DNA of 64,000 nucleotides from NCBI GenBank assembly GCA_951406725.2, contig OX597830.1, positions 30,132,001 through 30,196,000 of the forward strand, given 5' to 3'. Under the pieces are notes generated by a model. It was not told the origin of the DNA and ran no database searches. It was given only the letters and a program-made list of their open reading frames with translations. The position numbers were made by a program, and so were the translations under genes. This stretch comes from Octopus vulgaris (Eukaryota). Shown here piece by piece: positions 1-12,924 of this stretch. Positions within the stretch are counted from its first letter, which is position 1. Every line of letters begins with the position of its first letter.

Positions 1-540
1 TGTAAACTTCAGTAACCTAAATGTTACATTGGCCAAACAAGTTCAACATTCTCCCGCCGGCTCACTATGCATTTACAACACGATACGATAATAACACTGC
101 ACCACATCACAGAACATAAAATAAAACTTGATTGGAAAACATTAGTAAGCAACGCATCCTTCTAATACAGAATTCTCCATAAAAAAAATAAATGATTAAT
201 GATGCAAACGATACTAATAGCACAACACAGTGCTTAAAATCCACGCGCTGGTAGCACACACGCACTTTATACAATTGATTGCTACTTCCTTAATGGAGAA
301 AGAAAACGCTCAACGATCAACAATTCAGCTCTAAGCAGTAATATCACCTGCCCAAATATGTATTTTATTGTGTCTGCACAATAGAAGTCACACGTCAACA
401 AAAACTGCTTCACCGGGTGGGGAAGACCGTATGGATCTATATGCCTTGGTATGCTTATTATCTTTACTGCTTTAAACTATAGACAAGACATACCTAAATA
501 TTAAAAAAACAATGAGTAAAGAGATCAAATTAAAAGATAG

Positions 541-1000
541 CGGCACAGTTCTGGCTATGTAGTAAAACGTTTCCTCCCTAACCACTTTTCCCAGTTCAGA
601 CCCACTGCGTCACACATAGGCCAAGTGCCTTGTATTATGTCCCCGGACTGAGCAAACTCTTCTCAGTGGTTTTGGTAGACGGAAACTGAAAGAAGCCCGT
701 CGTACATGTGTGCGTGTGTGTGTGTTTGTGTGCGTGAATGTGTGTGCGCGTGCGTGTGTAGATGCGTGTGTGTGCATGTGTGTATCATTGTGTCTGTGTC
801 TTCCGTCTACCAACGCTTGATAGCCCATAGTTGTGCGTTTACGTCCCCGTAAACTAGCACTTCATTAAAAGAGGCTGGTGGAATAATTACCAGGCTTTAG
901 AAAATAAGTATTGATGTCGATACGTTCGACTAAGATTCATTAAGACAGTGCTCCAGCGTGGTCGTAGTCTAATGACTGAGAAAAACTAAATGACCAAAGA
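541..1000 (+). mobile_element. Diverged tRNA-derived SINE (family B of this window)
   Basis: Collinear with intact copies at 40505-40918 and 63370-63845 (ggtagacggaaactgaaagaagcccgtcg, internal (TG)n, tttacgtccccgtaa, aatgactga). Confidence 0.75.
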
Positions 1001-1331
1001 TAGATAGTCATGATTTTACAATACCACAAGTAATGTGTGTGAACTTATGTATATATTTCTGTATGTGAAAATACCTATATTTTTATGAACAGATCTGTTT
1101 TCTTTTGCATTCTATATACACTAAGGGGTCTATCCAACTACAGAGTTATTGAAACTTGGATTGTCATATGAGATTGCCTTACGAGGTGCCCCTTTTTAAA
1201 ATATACAGGTACACATATTGACATCTGTAAAATAACTGGATTCGTGTCAAAATATGAAACCACTACAAATATACTAGCAGAAATACCCGGTATTGCTCTG
1301 GATTAAAATGGCATAGTTTGTATATATATAT

Positions 1332-1372
<41 letters not shown>

Positions 1373-1955
1373 AGCTATGTTCAAACAGGTGAACGGTAAA
1401 GTGCAGCATTGACAAAACTTTTGTGGAATAAATGTTAAAACTTACATAAATGACAATTTGGACGTAATTAAAATGTTTATAAGAATGGGATCATATCTGA
1501 ATATTTCTTTTATTTTCTCCGACTGATTCTTTTATGGATCATATTTGAACGTAGCTCCAAGAGTTGTGAAAAACGAATTTGTACGTGGTCTGTTTTTGAG
1601 GGCTATTCTATTGAACTTCAGTGTAATCTGGCCTGGTAAACGTTGTTTTAATGATTCAGTATTAAGTGTTGTAGCATGCCTTTGCTGATCTTGGGAAAGT
1701 CTCATCTTCCTTCTCTCTTGAGACTCCATTAGACTTGCTGCAGTATGCCTTTGCTGGTCTTGAGAAAGTTTCATCTCCCTTCTGTCCTGAGACTCTGTTC
1801 GACGTTTAAGAATGTATTGGGAACAGATGGTGGGGTTACGAACACACACATACACTCACGCCTCCGCAAGTACACTACTATACACACATACATGACAGTG
1901 TTCTTTCAGTTTTTGTATATAAAATCCACACACAAAGGCTTTGGTGGGCCAGAGG

Positions 1956-2005
<50 letters not shown>

Positions 2006-2009
<4 letters not shown>

Positions 2010-2818
2010 GATATTAGGGAGTAAATCCAAACTTACAGTGAAAAATTAGATTTAGGATTAAATCTAATTTTTTAAAAAAAATATAACTATCAAAAAGTAT
2101 TAAAAGTTTAATATACGATAAAGTGTAAAACCACTACGATCGTTTCATGCCCATTAACCAATTCGAATAACAATAATTTAAATTCAATTAATAATTCGAA
2201 TTATGGTTATAGTCAATCTTCAGGTTAATTATAATATTTAAATAAATAATCAGAAATATTTAAACAATATTTTTTAAGAAATAAATAAAATAATAATTTT
2301 TCTTATAAAAATCTCTATTATCAAACTAGAAGCTTAACGATTATAATTATGTCATACAATCGATTATAATGTTAAATATTAATTTTCAATTTTTAAGTAT
2401 TAATTTTTAAGTTTAGAAACCCACAAATAATCTAATATCAGTTATAGTCAATATCTAATTACATAAATATTTTACAAAAAAAATGACTATTCATATTATT
2501 AAATATATAATATTTAAATAATATATAAATTATCAATGAAAATATATAAATATATATAAATATTAGAATTAAGATCTAAAATTATCTCTATAAATAAATT
2601 TATATGCACGTATAATAAAGACCTAATAAATTAAATATTCATTATAAGTATAAATTATTAATTTAAATAATTTTTTAAATTTTAACTTTAATTTAAATAT
2701 TTTAAATTTTGAATTTTATATTTTATATATTTTTTATTAATAAATTTTATTTCCATGTATTGGTTTATGATTTTCACTGTTTGATTTGCCTAATAGTGGT
2801 TTTTTCTCTAGTTCAATA

Positions 2819-2820
<2 letters not shown>
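2006..2820. mobile_element. Very AT-rich Penelope-like non-autonomous element inside (TA)n
   Basis: Flanked by (TA)n on both sides and contains a hammerhead-like motif. Its two ends match 16980-17140 in opposite orientations. Confidence 0.55.
2128..2228 (-). ncRNA. Minimal type-I hammerhead ribozyme-like motif with extended stem II
   Basis: CTGAAGA (2223-2217), long imperfect hairpin (TAACCA/TGGTTA, AATTCGAAT/ATTCGAATT), GAAA, palindromic ACGATCGT, GUA. Helix I is weak. Confidence 0.55.
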
Positions 2821-2912
<92 letters not shown>

Positions 2913-4867
2913 CTCTGTGTGTGTAAGAAAGAAAAGTAGTGGGGGTTGACGTGCAAGTGTACTTGTAAACATCAACCGATTCGGCAGGTATTTCTCGCAA
3001 GTCCTGCTACCACTGAACAGATATTTGCGAATAGCTGTTACGTGGTAGCAGCGCATGCTACACTAACCCTTACCAGTGTGCGCAGTAAAGAATCTGATTA
3101 AAAACAATCAAGAATTTGCAAACGTTATAATAATATCTGATACAAGTTATCGCCCCTTGTAACGTCCGATATGTTTTCCGTGATTTTCTGTTTTTTGTTC
3201 TATTTTAGTATAAAATATTTAAAAATAGATGAATCTTCGTAATTTTTTGTATACTTGATTTATTTTGGATATATTTCCCATTTTCGTAATATTTTTTAGA
3301 AACTAGGCATCATTTTCTTGGCGAGGTGCGCTTCTAGAGAAACGCCGAAGGTTGTACACGTAACGTTGCATAGACGTGGTGGGTTCAAATCCTAGGCGAC
3401 TTGAGAGTAGTCTATTTGTGCTGAGGGCGCGGAATTTCGAGTAAAAATTATAAGAAAATGCGTTTTAAGTCAAAGAGAGCACACGCGTCAAATTTGGTGA
3501 AATTCGGTTGAAAATTGTAGGAATAAAAATGGTTCACACAACACACAGACGGACAACTTGCCTTTTAATGTATCAGATAGATATATAGACAGACAGACAA
3601 TTTTCTGTCTCGTCTGTGGTAACGAGATTAATGTCCTGAAAACATTCTTTTTTCACAAAGTCGCTAGACACGATCTTGCTGCCTTCCATTTTGCAATTAT
3701 CTGACAAGTGTACTTAAAAATCATCTATGAAAACCGAGATTCTTTGAAGTAAAGGCGTTTAATTACATAATACTGATTTCAACGCCGGGTGAAGTGAAAG
3801 CTAAATTGCTATAAAAACAAAAAGGAAAGGAAAAAAGTTCTCACGGATATTTGATTAAATAATTACGATATCAATATCAAACCGTTGTTAATAGTCGCTG
3901 GCTAATTGCTAATTTCTCACTTGGACTTAAGCCCATATAGTTCGGTTGAGGACAAAGCCTCTGAGATTCATCGGGTACTTCCCTGGTGCTAATTAATTGA
4001 CCTAGAAGGAGGAATGGCAAAGTTGATCTCGGCAAAAATGGAACTCAGTGTGTACATGCAAGTAACCAAATACGGCGTAATATTGAATATTTAAACTGTC
4101 GAAATGTTTATCCCGTTGTGCCCTTTTCTGGATAGATAATTAAAGAGAAATAATCAAAACCGCAAAACGCTAGAAATATTTTACTCGAAAAAGCAATGAC
4201 CTATTGGATGATTTGGAGATTTAAGAATATCTTGTTTTTAAGGTAACAAAATATTAGAATATAATTAGGTAATTAGATACTGAGATACACCATAATTAAT
4301 GTTAGCATCAGTTGAACATTCACTGACATTTTGGATTAACTCGTAACGCATACTCGAGAAATAACATCTTAATAACATTTTTTAATGCGTGTACAAGCAT
4401 TCTATTAAATGTAGTTTGGCTTTTCGTGCGGATTTTTGAACGAAAGAGTCACTGCAAATAAGCGGTATCAAATCGCTGCAGTCAATTGCGAGATGGCAAA
4501 ACGTCCAAAAGGCCCTGCCAATCCGTTTTCACGAAAAAGAAACACTAAACAAACTGAAAAGTAAGAGTACATACGAGATCATAACAATAAAGTGACACGA
4601 TCGAATAATAAGATTAAAGATATTCTCCTTTATAAACAAAATACTGTCCTTGAGCAACTGATATTCTTTGACAACAGCATGTGACCCACCTTGACCAACA
4701 GCAGCTTATTTTTCAGCAGCCATATTGGACTTCCCCTATCTATCCATTCGGAAATCGAAAGCCTGAAAAAGACGGGCTTTTGTTAGAGAGCTGCGAAACT
4801 TTAAGTGGTGTGGAACGAAATCGAACTGGTTTAAGTAACACACACACGCACGAGCACACACACACGC

Positions 4868-5195
4868 ATAGTGGTTAGAGCGTCGACCTTACGATCGTGG
4901 GGTTGTGAGTTCGATTCCCTGACCGGGCTGCGTGTTGTGTTCTTGAGCAAGACACTTTATTTCACGTTGCTCCAGTTAACTCAGCTGTAGAAATGAGTTG
5001 CGGCATCACTGATGCCAAGCTGTATCGGCTCCTTTGCCTTTCCCTTGGATAAAATCTGTGGTGTGGAGAGGGGAGGCTGGAATGCATGAGCGAGTGCTGG
5101 CCCTTCCACAAACAACCTTGCCTGGACTTGTGCCTCAGAGAGCAACCTTCTAGGTGCAATCCCATGGTCATTCATTACCGAAGGTGGTCTCCTCA
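4868..5195 (+). mobile_element. tRNA-derived SINE (family C head, alternative body)
   Basis: A-box-like gtggttagag and B-box gttcgattcc. Homologous over its length to 21880-22212. Confidence 0.75.
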
Positions 5196-5420
5196 TATGT
5201 ACTAGTTACTAGAAAAACGAAAGAGAAAGACATTCAACGCATTTAGCTGGAATTACATACGTTAACCTTAAAATAGTTTAATTCAGCTCGATAAGAATTG
5301 AACTTTCATAGGCTTCTTAGAGAAGCCAAGCTCATTCAGGCTCACATAACTGAATGTATACATGTGTGGGTATGTGTGAGAATGTGTGAATATGTGTGTG
5401 TGTATGTGTCTATATATGTA

Positions 5421-5651
5421 TGGCGGCGAGCTGGCAGAAACGTTAGCGCGCAGGGCGAAATGCTTAGCGGTATTTCGTCTGTTGTTACGTTCTGAGTTCG
5501 AATTCCACCGAGGTTGACTTTGTCTTTCATCCTTTCGGGGTCGATAAATAAAGTACTAGTTTCGCACTGGAGTCGATGTAATCGACTTAATCCCTTTGTC
5601 TGTCCTTGTTTGTCCCCTCTATGTTTAGCCCCTTGTGGGTAGTAAAGAAAT
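5421..5651 (+). mobile_element. SINE family A (Meta-domain-like core)
   Basis: ggcggcgagctggcaga head, gagttcgaattcc B-box, tttcatcctttcggggtcgataaa core. Many copies across the window. Confidence 0.85.
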
Positions 5652-6059
5652 ATATATATGTATGTATGCATACATGTATCTATTTGCATATATATATGTG
5701 TGTGTGTGTGTACGTGTGCGCGTTGCATGCGTGCGTGTTTGTGTGTTTATGTAGTGTGTGTCCTTCAGTTTTAGGGGCTTTAACGTCTGATAGCATCGTG
5801 AGTTACTCGGAGTATTTTTGGAAAATTAAACCTGGTTGCGTCAATATCTTTTCAACCACAGTATTAGTTTGGTATTTTGCTCATCGACCTGGAAAAGAGA
5901 TACGAAATTTAGCATCGGCAGGATTTGAACTCAGTGTGCAAAGTGAAGAAAACAACAACACAAAGTGTCTATCCGAATCTCTACCAATCCTCTAAAGCAT
6001 CGATAATAATAGGCATATAAATGTAATCTCTGTAAATGTGTGCGCACTTTGTGTCAATA

Positions 6060-6625
<566 letters not shown>

Positions 6626-7156
6626 TTCCAGTAAATAGTCAAGTAAATGTCGTGCCGAATTACTTCCGATTTCGAAATAAAATGAATACCTGATGTAAGC
6701 TAAGTAACTCAGCTATCACTATCTTCAAAATGATGAAGAGCAGCCGCCTATAACCGTACGAAACAAATGTTATCTGACTCCCGTATCTGATCTTCACCGA
6801 TGACAGATCTACGCAATGGCTGCTCGTATTTCATTTTTTATAACTTTGTATGTGTATATAAGATATAATTGTACGTTTGTATTATGTACGAATGTATTAT
6901 GACTGCAAGCAAATCCGTGTGGGGTGATTGTATATACACACAAATATGCATATTTAATATAACTATATGTATGTGTATTTCTGAGTGTTAGCTGTCAGAC
7001 GAGTACTCGATATCACACTTAGAAATTAATAATATTCATGTTTTAGCTGAGTCGATCTTTTGCTACGTGGAATTTTGCCTCTGGGTCCCTAGGACACCCA
7101 GACAAGTTATGCCTCATAACATCCCCGAGATTGTAGCAAGAGACTGTTTTTCAACA

Positions 7157-7222
<66 letters not shown>

Positions 7223-7236
7223 CACGCACACACAGT

Positions 7237-7392
7237 CATGGGAGTGGCTGTATAGTAAGATGTTTGCTTACCAACCATGTGGCACCGGTTCAGTCCTACT
7301 GAGTGGCAACTTGGGCAAGTGTCGTCTGCTATAGCCTCGGGCGACCAAAGCCTTGAGTGGTTTGGTAAACAGAAACTGAAAGAAGCCCATTA
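7237..7392 (+). mobile_element. SINE family B, 5' part (interrupted by (TA)n and a hammerhead-bearing element)
   Basis: Matches the head of 40505-40918. A 3' remnant follows at about 7665-7725. Confidence 0.75.
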
Positions 7393-7415
7393 TATATATT
7401 TATATATATACGTAT

Positions 7416-7529
<114 letters not shown>

Positions 7530-7614
7530 AGAATTCACTTAAAAACAAAAGACGAAGACAGGTGGTGGAGAAAACAAACAGATGTATTAGTATAACGCTC
7601 AGGGATTGAAAAAG

Positions 7615-7652
7615 TATTTTACGTTTCGAGCTTACGCTCTTCTACAGAAAGA
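7615..7652 (-). ncRNA. Minimal hammerhead-like motif, A6U core variant
   Basis: tcttt-CTGTAGA-A-GAGC(gtaa)GCTC-GAAA-CG-TA-aaata, inside a short element (7527-7660) abutting (TA)n. Confidence 0.55.
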
Positions 7653-7761
7653 GGAAACAGAAAAAATTTTTCAAGGCAGTGTTACAGCACGGCCGCAGCC
7701 CAATATGTGAAAACGACCATAAGAATATACATATATATATATATTTATATATATATATATA

Positions 7762-7945
7762 TCTTTTACTCATTTACTTGTTTCAGTCATTTGACTGTGG
7801 CCATGCTGGAGCACAGACTTTTACTCAAGCAAATCGACCCTAGAACTTATTTTTTGTAAGCCTAGTACTTATACTATCGGTCTCTTTTGCCGAACCGCTA
7901 AGTTACGGGGACGTAAACACACCAACATCGGTTGTCAAGGTACAA
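7762..7945 (-). mobile_element. SINE family B, 3' part
   Basis: Reverse complement of 40735-40910. Confidence 0.8.
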
Positions 7946-8018
<73 letters not shown>

Positions 8019-8255
8019 CAATTAAATAAGGGTAGAAATTGATATTAATCAATTAAAATCAGTGGCGTGGTAACGATTCTGCCAGCTCACCGCCTTTTTG
8101 CGTCTACTTATAATGGTTTCAAATTTTGGTATATGGTCAGGAATTTTACGGGAGCGTGCTAGTTGATGACATCGACACCACGTGTTCAACTGGTACTTAA
8201 TTTATCAACCCTCGAAAGGAGGAAAGGTAAATTTTGCCTCAGCGGAACGCCTACT

Positions 8256-8315
<60 letters not shown>

Positions 8316-8319
8316 TATA

Positions 8320-8404
<85 letters not shown>

Positions 8405-8406
<2 letters not shown>

Positions 8407-8740
8407 GGGGTGCATCATAGCCATGTGTTGAGAAGGATTTTTTGGGGTTTGAATAATTCACCTCTGGAAACATGGGTGTTTCGTTCAACGTCCTTAAACA
8501 ACCCTTATTCAGGGACCTTTTGAGCGGGATGGGTTACTCGATCTGAAGAAAATTCTAACTGGGCTCCACCTGCAAGGTCATGTGCTGTTTATCTTGATAT
8601 GAGATCACCATGTCGCGCACATATGGTTGTGATGCATGTGCCTGGTGTACCCTTATCAGACGGGTAGTCATGATGGGTATACTGGGCTTCGTATATTTTA
8701 CCCCAGTGTCACTTTGATGGCATGCTCTGCTCGCTCACTC
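8405..8740 (+). mobile_element. (TAA)n-associated repeat family D, 5'-truncated
   Basis: Near-identical to 27365-27699. Flanked by (AAT)n on both sides. Confidence 0.85.
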
Positions 8741-8819
8741 AATAATAATAATAATAATAATAGAAACAACCGCACGTGAAATTAAAGAATTATTCAATAT
8801 AGTTTGAAGTGAGCATTCT

Positions 8820-9220
8820 CTTTTACTCTCCGTTTTTTTTTTAATTGTTTCAGTCATTTGATTGCGGCCATTCTGGAGCACCTCCTTTAGTCGAGCAAAT
8901 CGACCCCAGGACTTATTCTTCGGAAGCTTAGTCCTTATTCTATCGGTCTCTTTTGCCGAACCGCTAAGTTACGGGGACGTAAACACACCAGCATCGGTTG
9001 TCAAGCGGTGTTGTGGGGGACAAACACAGACACACAAACATATACACACATATACATATATATATATATACATATATACGACGAGTTTCTTTCAGTTTCC
9101 GCCTACCAAATCCACTCACAGGGCTTTGGTCGGCCCAAGGCTATAGTAGAAGACAACTTTCCAAGGTGCCACGCAGTGGGAATGAACCTGGAAACATGTG
9201 GTTGGTAAGCAATCTACCGC
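8820..9220 (-). mobile_element. SINE family B
   Basis: Reverse complement of 40505-40918 over nearly the full length. Confidence 0.85.
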
Positions 9221-9645
9221 ATATTTATTTTATTTTTGCAGTAAGTGTAGTGACACTAACGCCCCCTCCCCCTGTTGCTTTTGTGGAACGACTCAGGGTT
9301 TTTAGTTGATGTGTAAGGTAAGATTGTTTCGTCGTCAACAAGGACAGGTGCTTGTCGATCTAGAACTTACAACTTCGAATAACGAACCACTCTCAGCTTT
9401 GCGTAAATGTTACGTGTACGTATACACAAGTAGGTATGCGTCTGTTTGGAGGACAGAAGTGGGAGTGAGGCCACAGAGGACAGAGAGGGCAAAAAGTATA
9501 TATATATGTGTGCACGCGCGGGAGTATGTTTTGTAGTCTGTGTGCGTATGTATAATGTATATACGCAATTTTTTTTTTTTTTGTCGTTGTTTTGTTTGTA
9601 ATTTTTATCTGCTTTGTTTAAATACAAAACACGAAATATCTTTAC

Positions 9646-9782
9646 CCCCCCAAAAAGCATGTTTCGGACTAGTCGTCTCCGGTCTTACAATTGATTTTTT
9701 CTTTTTCATATCGACAACGTCATCAGAATCGATGAGGTCATACAAGGAGGAACTTATTGAAATGTTTGACTCGCCCGTAAAC
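9646..9782 (-). CDS. Possible isolated coding exon (FTGESNISISSSLYDLIDSDDVVDMKKKKSIVRPETTSPKHAFWG), product unknown
   Basis: ttttacag acceptor, gtaaag donor, 137 nt, only one open frame, non-repetitive sequence. No homology recognised. Confidence 0.25.
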
Positions 9783-10038
9783 CTGTAAAACATTTTGAAT
9801 AAAACACAATCGTTTCATTATATACATTACGACTGTATCTTAACTTTTGTTCCTGTATGTCACCTCTCGTACCCAACCACCGTCTCTCTTCCCCTCTCTC
9901 CCCTCTCTCTCTCTCTGCTTGTGTTATTTATTTATCATTTCTTTTCTCTTTTGTAACCTATCTCGATATTTTTAATTGTACCCCTTGATTTCGTTTCTAC
10001 TAGTGTCAGTTACGCGTACAATAATGTAAGCGTATTAC

Positions 10039-10074
<36 letters not shown>

Positions 10075-10865
10075 GTATTTCCGTTTTTACCTCTTTTCCT
10101 TCTTTTGTGTGTATGCTACCGAATTCATTTATTTGTGAATGTCTCTATATTTATGAAGGCATATGTGTGTCTATATATATATATAAATAAATATATACAT
10201 ATATGCATGTACATACATTTGCGTGTGAGTGATTGTATATATGTATATAAGCATATACGTATATATGCAGTTATGAATGCATGTATGTATGTATGTATGT
10301 ATGTATGTATGTATGTATGTATGTATGCATGCATGTATTTATGTATGTATGTATGTATGCATGTATGTATGTATGTATTATTCAACACAACTGAAAATTT
10401 CAGTGTTTTCTAAAAGTCATTGTTAGAAAATACAGTGAATTTATATGATTGTATATCCTTTAGTTATTAACACACCTGAACAAGGCCGAATACTATTTCC
10501 AGCAGCAAACGAAGGCCTGAATATATGATACGACAAAAAAATAATGTGCCGACCCGAAATCCCAAATAGGAATGTTATGCATTAAACTTCAAGTCTTTAA
10601 CTCACAATAATAAATTATTTTCCAAACATTACTTTGGATTGTCCGAAACGTGAGAAATCTCCTGCTTCTGAGGCAGGGTGAAGAAAAAGCAATATACTGC
10701 AGTAACGGCGGAAAAACTACGTTTTTAGAAAGGATATTTGAGCGTAAATTCGAAATCTGAAATGAATCTGAAGGAGAATCATGTAGAAGAAAATAGACTA
10801 ATTTCTCATATTAACACAAAACTATAGGTTTGTTGTTATGGCTACCGTAAACGAGGGCAACAACT

Positions 10866-11085
10866 CCATCATCATCATCATCATCATCATCATTGTTCGA
10901 CCGTGGTCGAGACAATGGAATTTACCATGCTACGCCAGACTTCACGGTCCATCATGGCATTACGGAGGTCCATGTTGCTGGATGCCTGTATCCCTGGAGA
11001 TTACATCAGGGTAGGAGAGTGTGCGCCATCTGGTATTGCGAGTAGATGGCTTCCAGAGGAGAAGAGTAGAAATTACTTCTTTTTC
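10866..11085 (-). mobile_element. 3' end of an RTE-type LINE
   Basis: Frameshifted translation ISTLLLWKP..TLSYPDVI..RDTGIQQ..LRNAMMDREVWRSMV, then a stop and a (TGA)n tail. Confidence 0.7.
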
Positions 11086-11419
11086 AACTCTACAACAATG
11101 TCCAGCAAACTGGACTCTCCTACCTTTCACAACTTCATGCTGTCGGTGTTATTGTTTTGATTGTTTGGGTTACTGAGATCTCAAAGCCTTGACCATCGGA
11201 CAGTAGCAAGAAATAAACCATCCACTTCGGTTGCAGGATTATTGCCTTTGGAAAGCAGAAAGATAAGAACTCATTACTCTCATATGTCGCTCTAGCTTAT
11301 AGTAATGAACTGTATACGTTCCCTTGGAGCCATCTAGCTGGGGTGTGTTAATCCAAAACAATTTTGTATAGAAATGAACGCGGTGGTACCTTGCTTTTCC
11401 AACATTCGATTAGTAATAT

Positions 11420-12050
11420 TTTCAAATGTAGGTACAAGTCTGGAATGTTGTGAGGAAGAGGTTAATCAATTACATCGACCCCAGTATGTGACTGGTGCTT
11501 ATTTTATCGATCCCCATGGATGAAAGGCAAAGCTGACTGCGGTGGAATTTGAATTCAGAAGGTAAACGTGAAACAAATGCCGCTAAGCATTTTACCTGGT
11601 GTGTTAACCATTCTACCAGTTCACCGCTATTAAATACTCGATAAATAGCGATTTTGAAATTGCTGGCCTCGTGCCAAAGGAAGGACTAGTCAATTACATT
11701 GACTCCCCCCCCCCCCCCCAGTGTTCAATTCGTACTTATTTTATTGACTCCGAAAGGATGAAACGCAAAGTCGACCTCGGCGGAATTTGAACCCAGAACG
11801 TAGCGGCAGGCGAAATACCTATTTCTTTACTACCCACAAGGGCTAAACACAGAGGGTACAAAGAAGGACAGACAAACGGATTAAGTCGATTATATCGACC
11901 CCAGTGCGTAACTGGTACATATTTAATCGAGTGTACGCAAGGGGGAAAGCAAAGTCGACCTCGGCGGGATTTGAACTCAGAACTGAGTGGCAGACGAAAT
12001 ACTGCTAAGCATTTCGCCCGGTGTGCTAACAATTCTGCCAACTCGTTGCA
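11420..12050 (-). mobile_element. Cluster or multimer of SINE family A
   Basis: About three family A units. Includes the aaagaaata|ggtatttcg junction near 11820. Confidence 0.8.
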
Positions 12051-12269
12051 TTAAACACCCGATAAATAATGCCGATTGTGTTCGCAAGATTGTATGAGGT
12101 TGATTTGGGAGAGGAAATTCATGCTTGTATTAAGCTGAAAATACGTTTGTTCTGCAGAACCAGTGAGTCTTGTGAAATGAAGAATTTTCAACACTTTGTG
12201 ATTGTGAGTAATTATATGGAACAAGTTTCATTCTAACCATGGGTACAGTGCAGATTACAACGTAGTGTA

Positions 12270-12528
12270 AAAATAAATAAATGCGCCCTTTTAAATCCTA
12301 GCCAGGTTCATGTGCCCAGTTTCCCGGTTTCAATGGCGTATGTGTTCCCCAGCTGGACGGGACGTCAGTCCATCGCAGCGTTACTCATTTTTGCCAGCTG
12401 AGTGAACTGGAGCAAGGTGAAATGAAGTGTTTTGCTCAATAACACAACGCGTCGCCCGGTTCAGGAATCGAAACTACAATCTTACGATCATGATGCTGAC
12501 ATCCTAACCACTAAGCCACGCACCTCCA
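12270..12528 (-). mobile_element. tRNA-derived SINE family C with target-site duplication
   Basis: Head tggaggtgcgtggcttagtggttagg, B-box gtttcgattcc, (TTTA)n tail. Flanks acaacgta(g/c)tgtaaaaa at 12257 and 12530. Confidence 0.85.
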
Positions 12529-12924
12529 CACAACGTACTGTAAAAAGTATTAAATCGACAATCTGGAAACGGAAACAGAGGGACGAAAAATGAAAGGTAA
12601 CAAGTAGAGATGACAATGAGTAAGAAATAAATTTTTAAAATGGGAACGAATGATAGAAAAAGCAAATGTGTAAGTTTACTATTGTTTATAGCTACGGCTA
12701 AATCCAGATTCATCCTTTTCTTTACTCAGACATTAGCTGGTCAGAATTACATTATTGAATGCATCCTTCCGTTTTAAAGACATTACTGAGTATATTTAGG
12801 GGTGTTTTGCTTTTTAGCAGGCTGAGCTATTCCGTTCAAGATCTCTTTTTTTTCTCCATATGTAAACTTTGCGACACAAATGTAAACATGTGCAATTTAA
12901 TACCACCCACCAGCCGATCTAGCG

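Larger units (their letters stand above)
1274..3577 (-). mobile_element. Non-autonomous Helitron carrying nested insertions
   Basis: Minus strand reads A|TC at 3578/3577 and CTAG|T at 1274/1273, with a degenerate hairpin (cccggtattgctctgg) about 10 nt inside the CTAG end. Internal ORF 1532-1855 has ESQ(D/E)RR..RLSQDQQRH repeats resembling RepHel N-termini. Joining the two ends into one element is inference. Confidence 0.6.

Noticed and set aside
6725-6780. ATGATGA...GAAACAAATGTT possible hammerhead relic
   Set aside because: Core C is missing and stem II does not pair, so it is too degenerate to call.
9700-9730. CTGATGA...GAAA on the minus strand
   Set aside because: No stem II or helix I pairing; a chance match.
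12450-12528. SINE heads as tRNA genes
   Set aside because: A/B boxes are present but there is no acceptor stem, and each continues into a SINE body.
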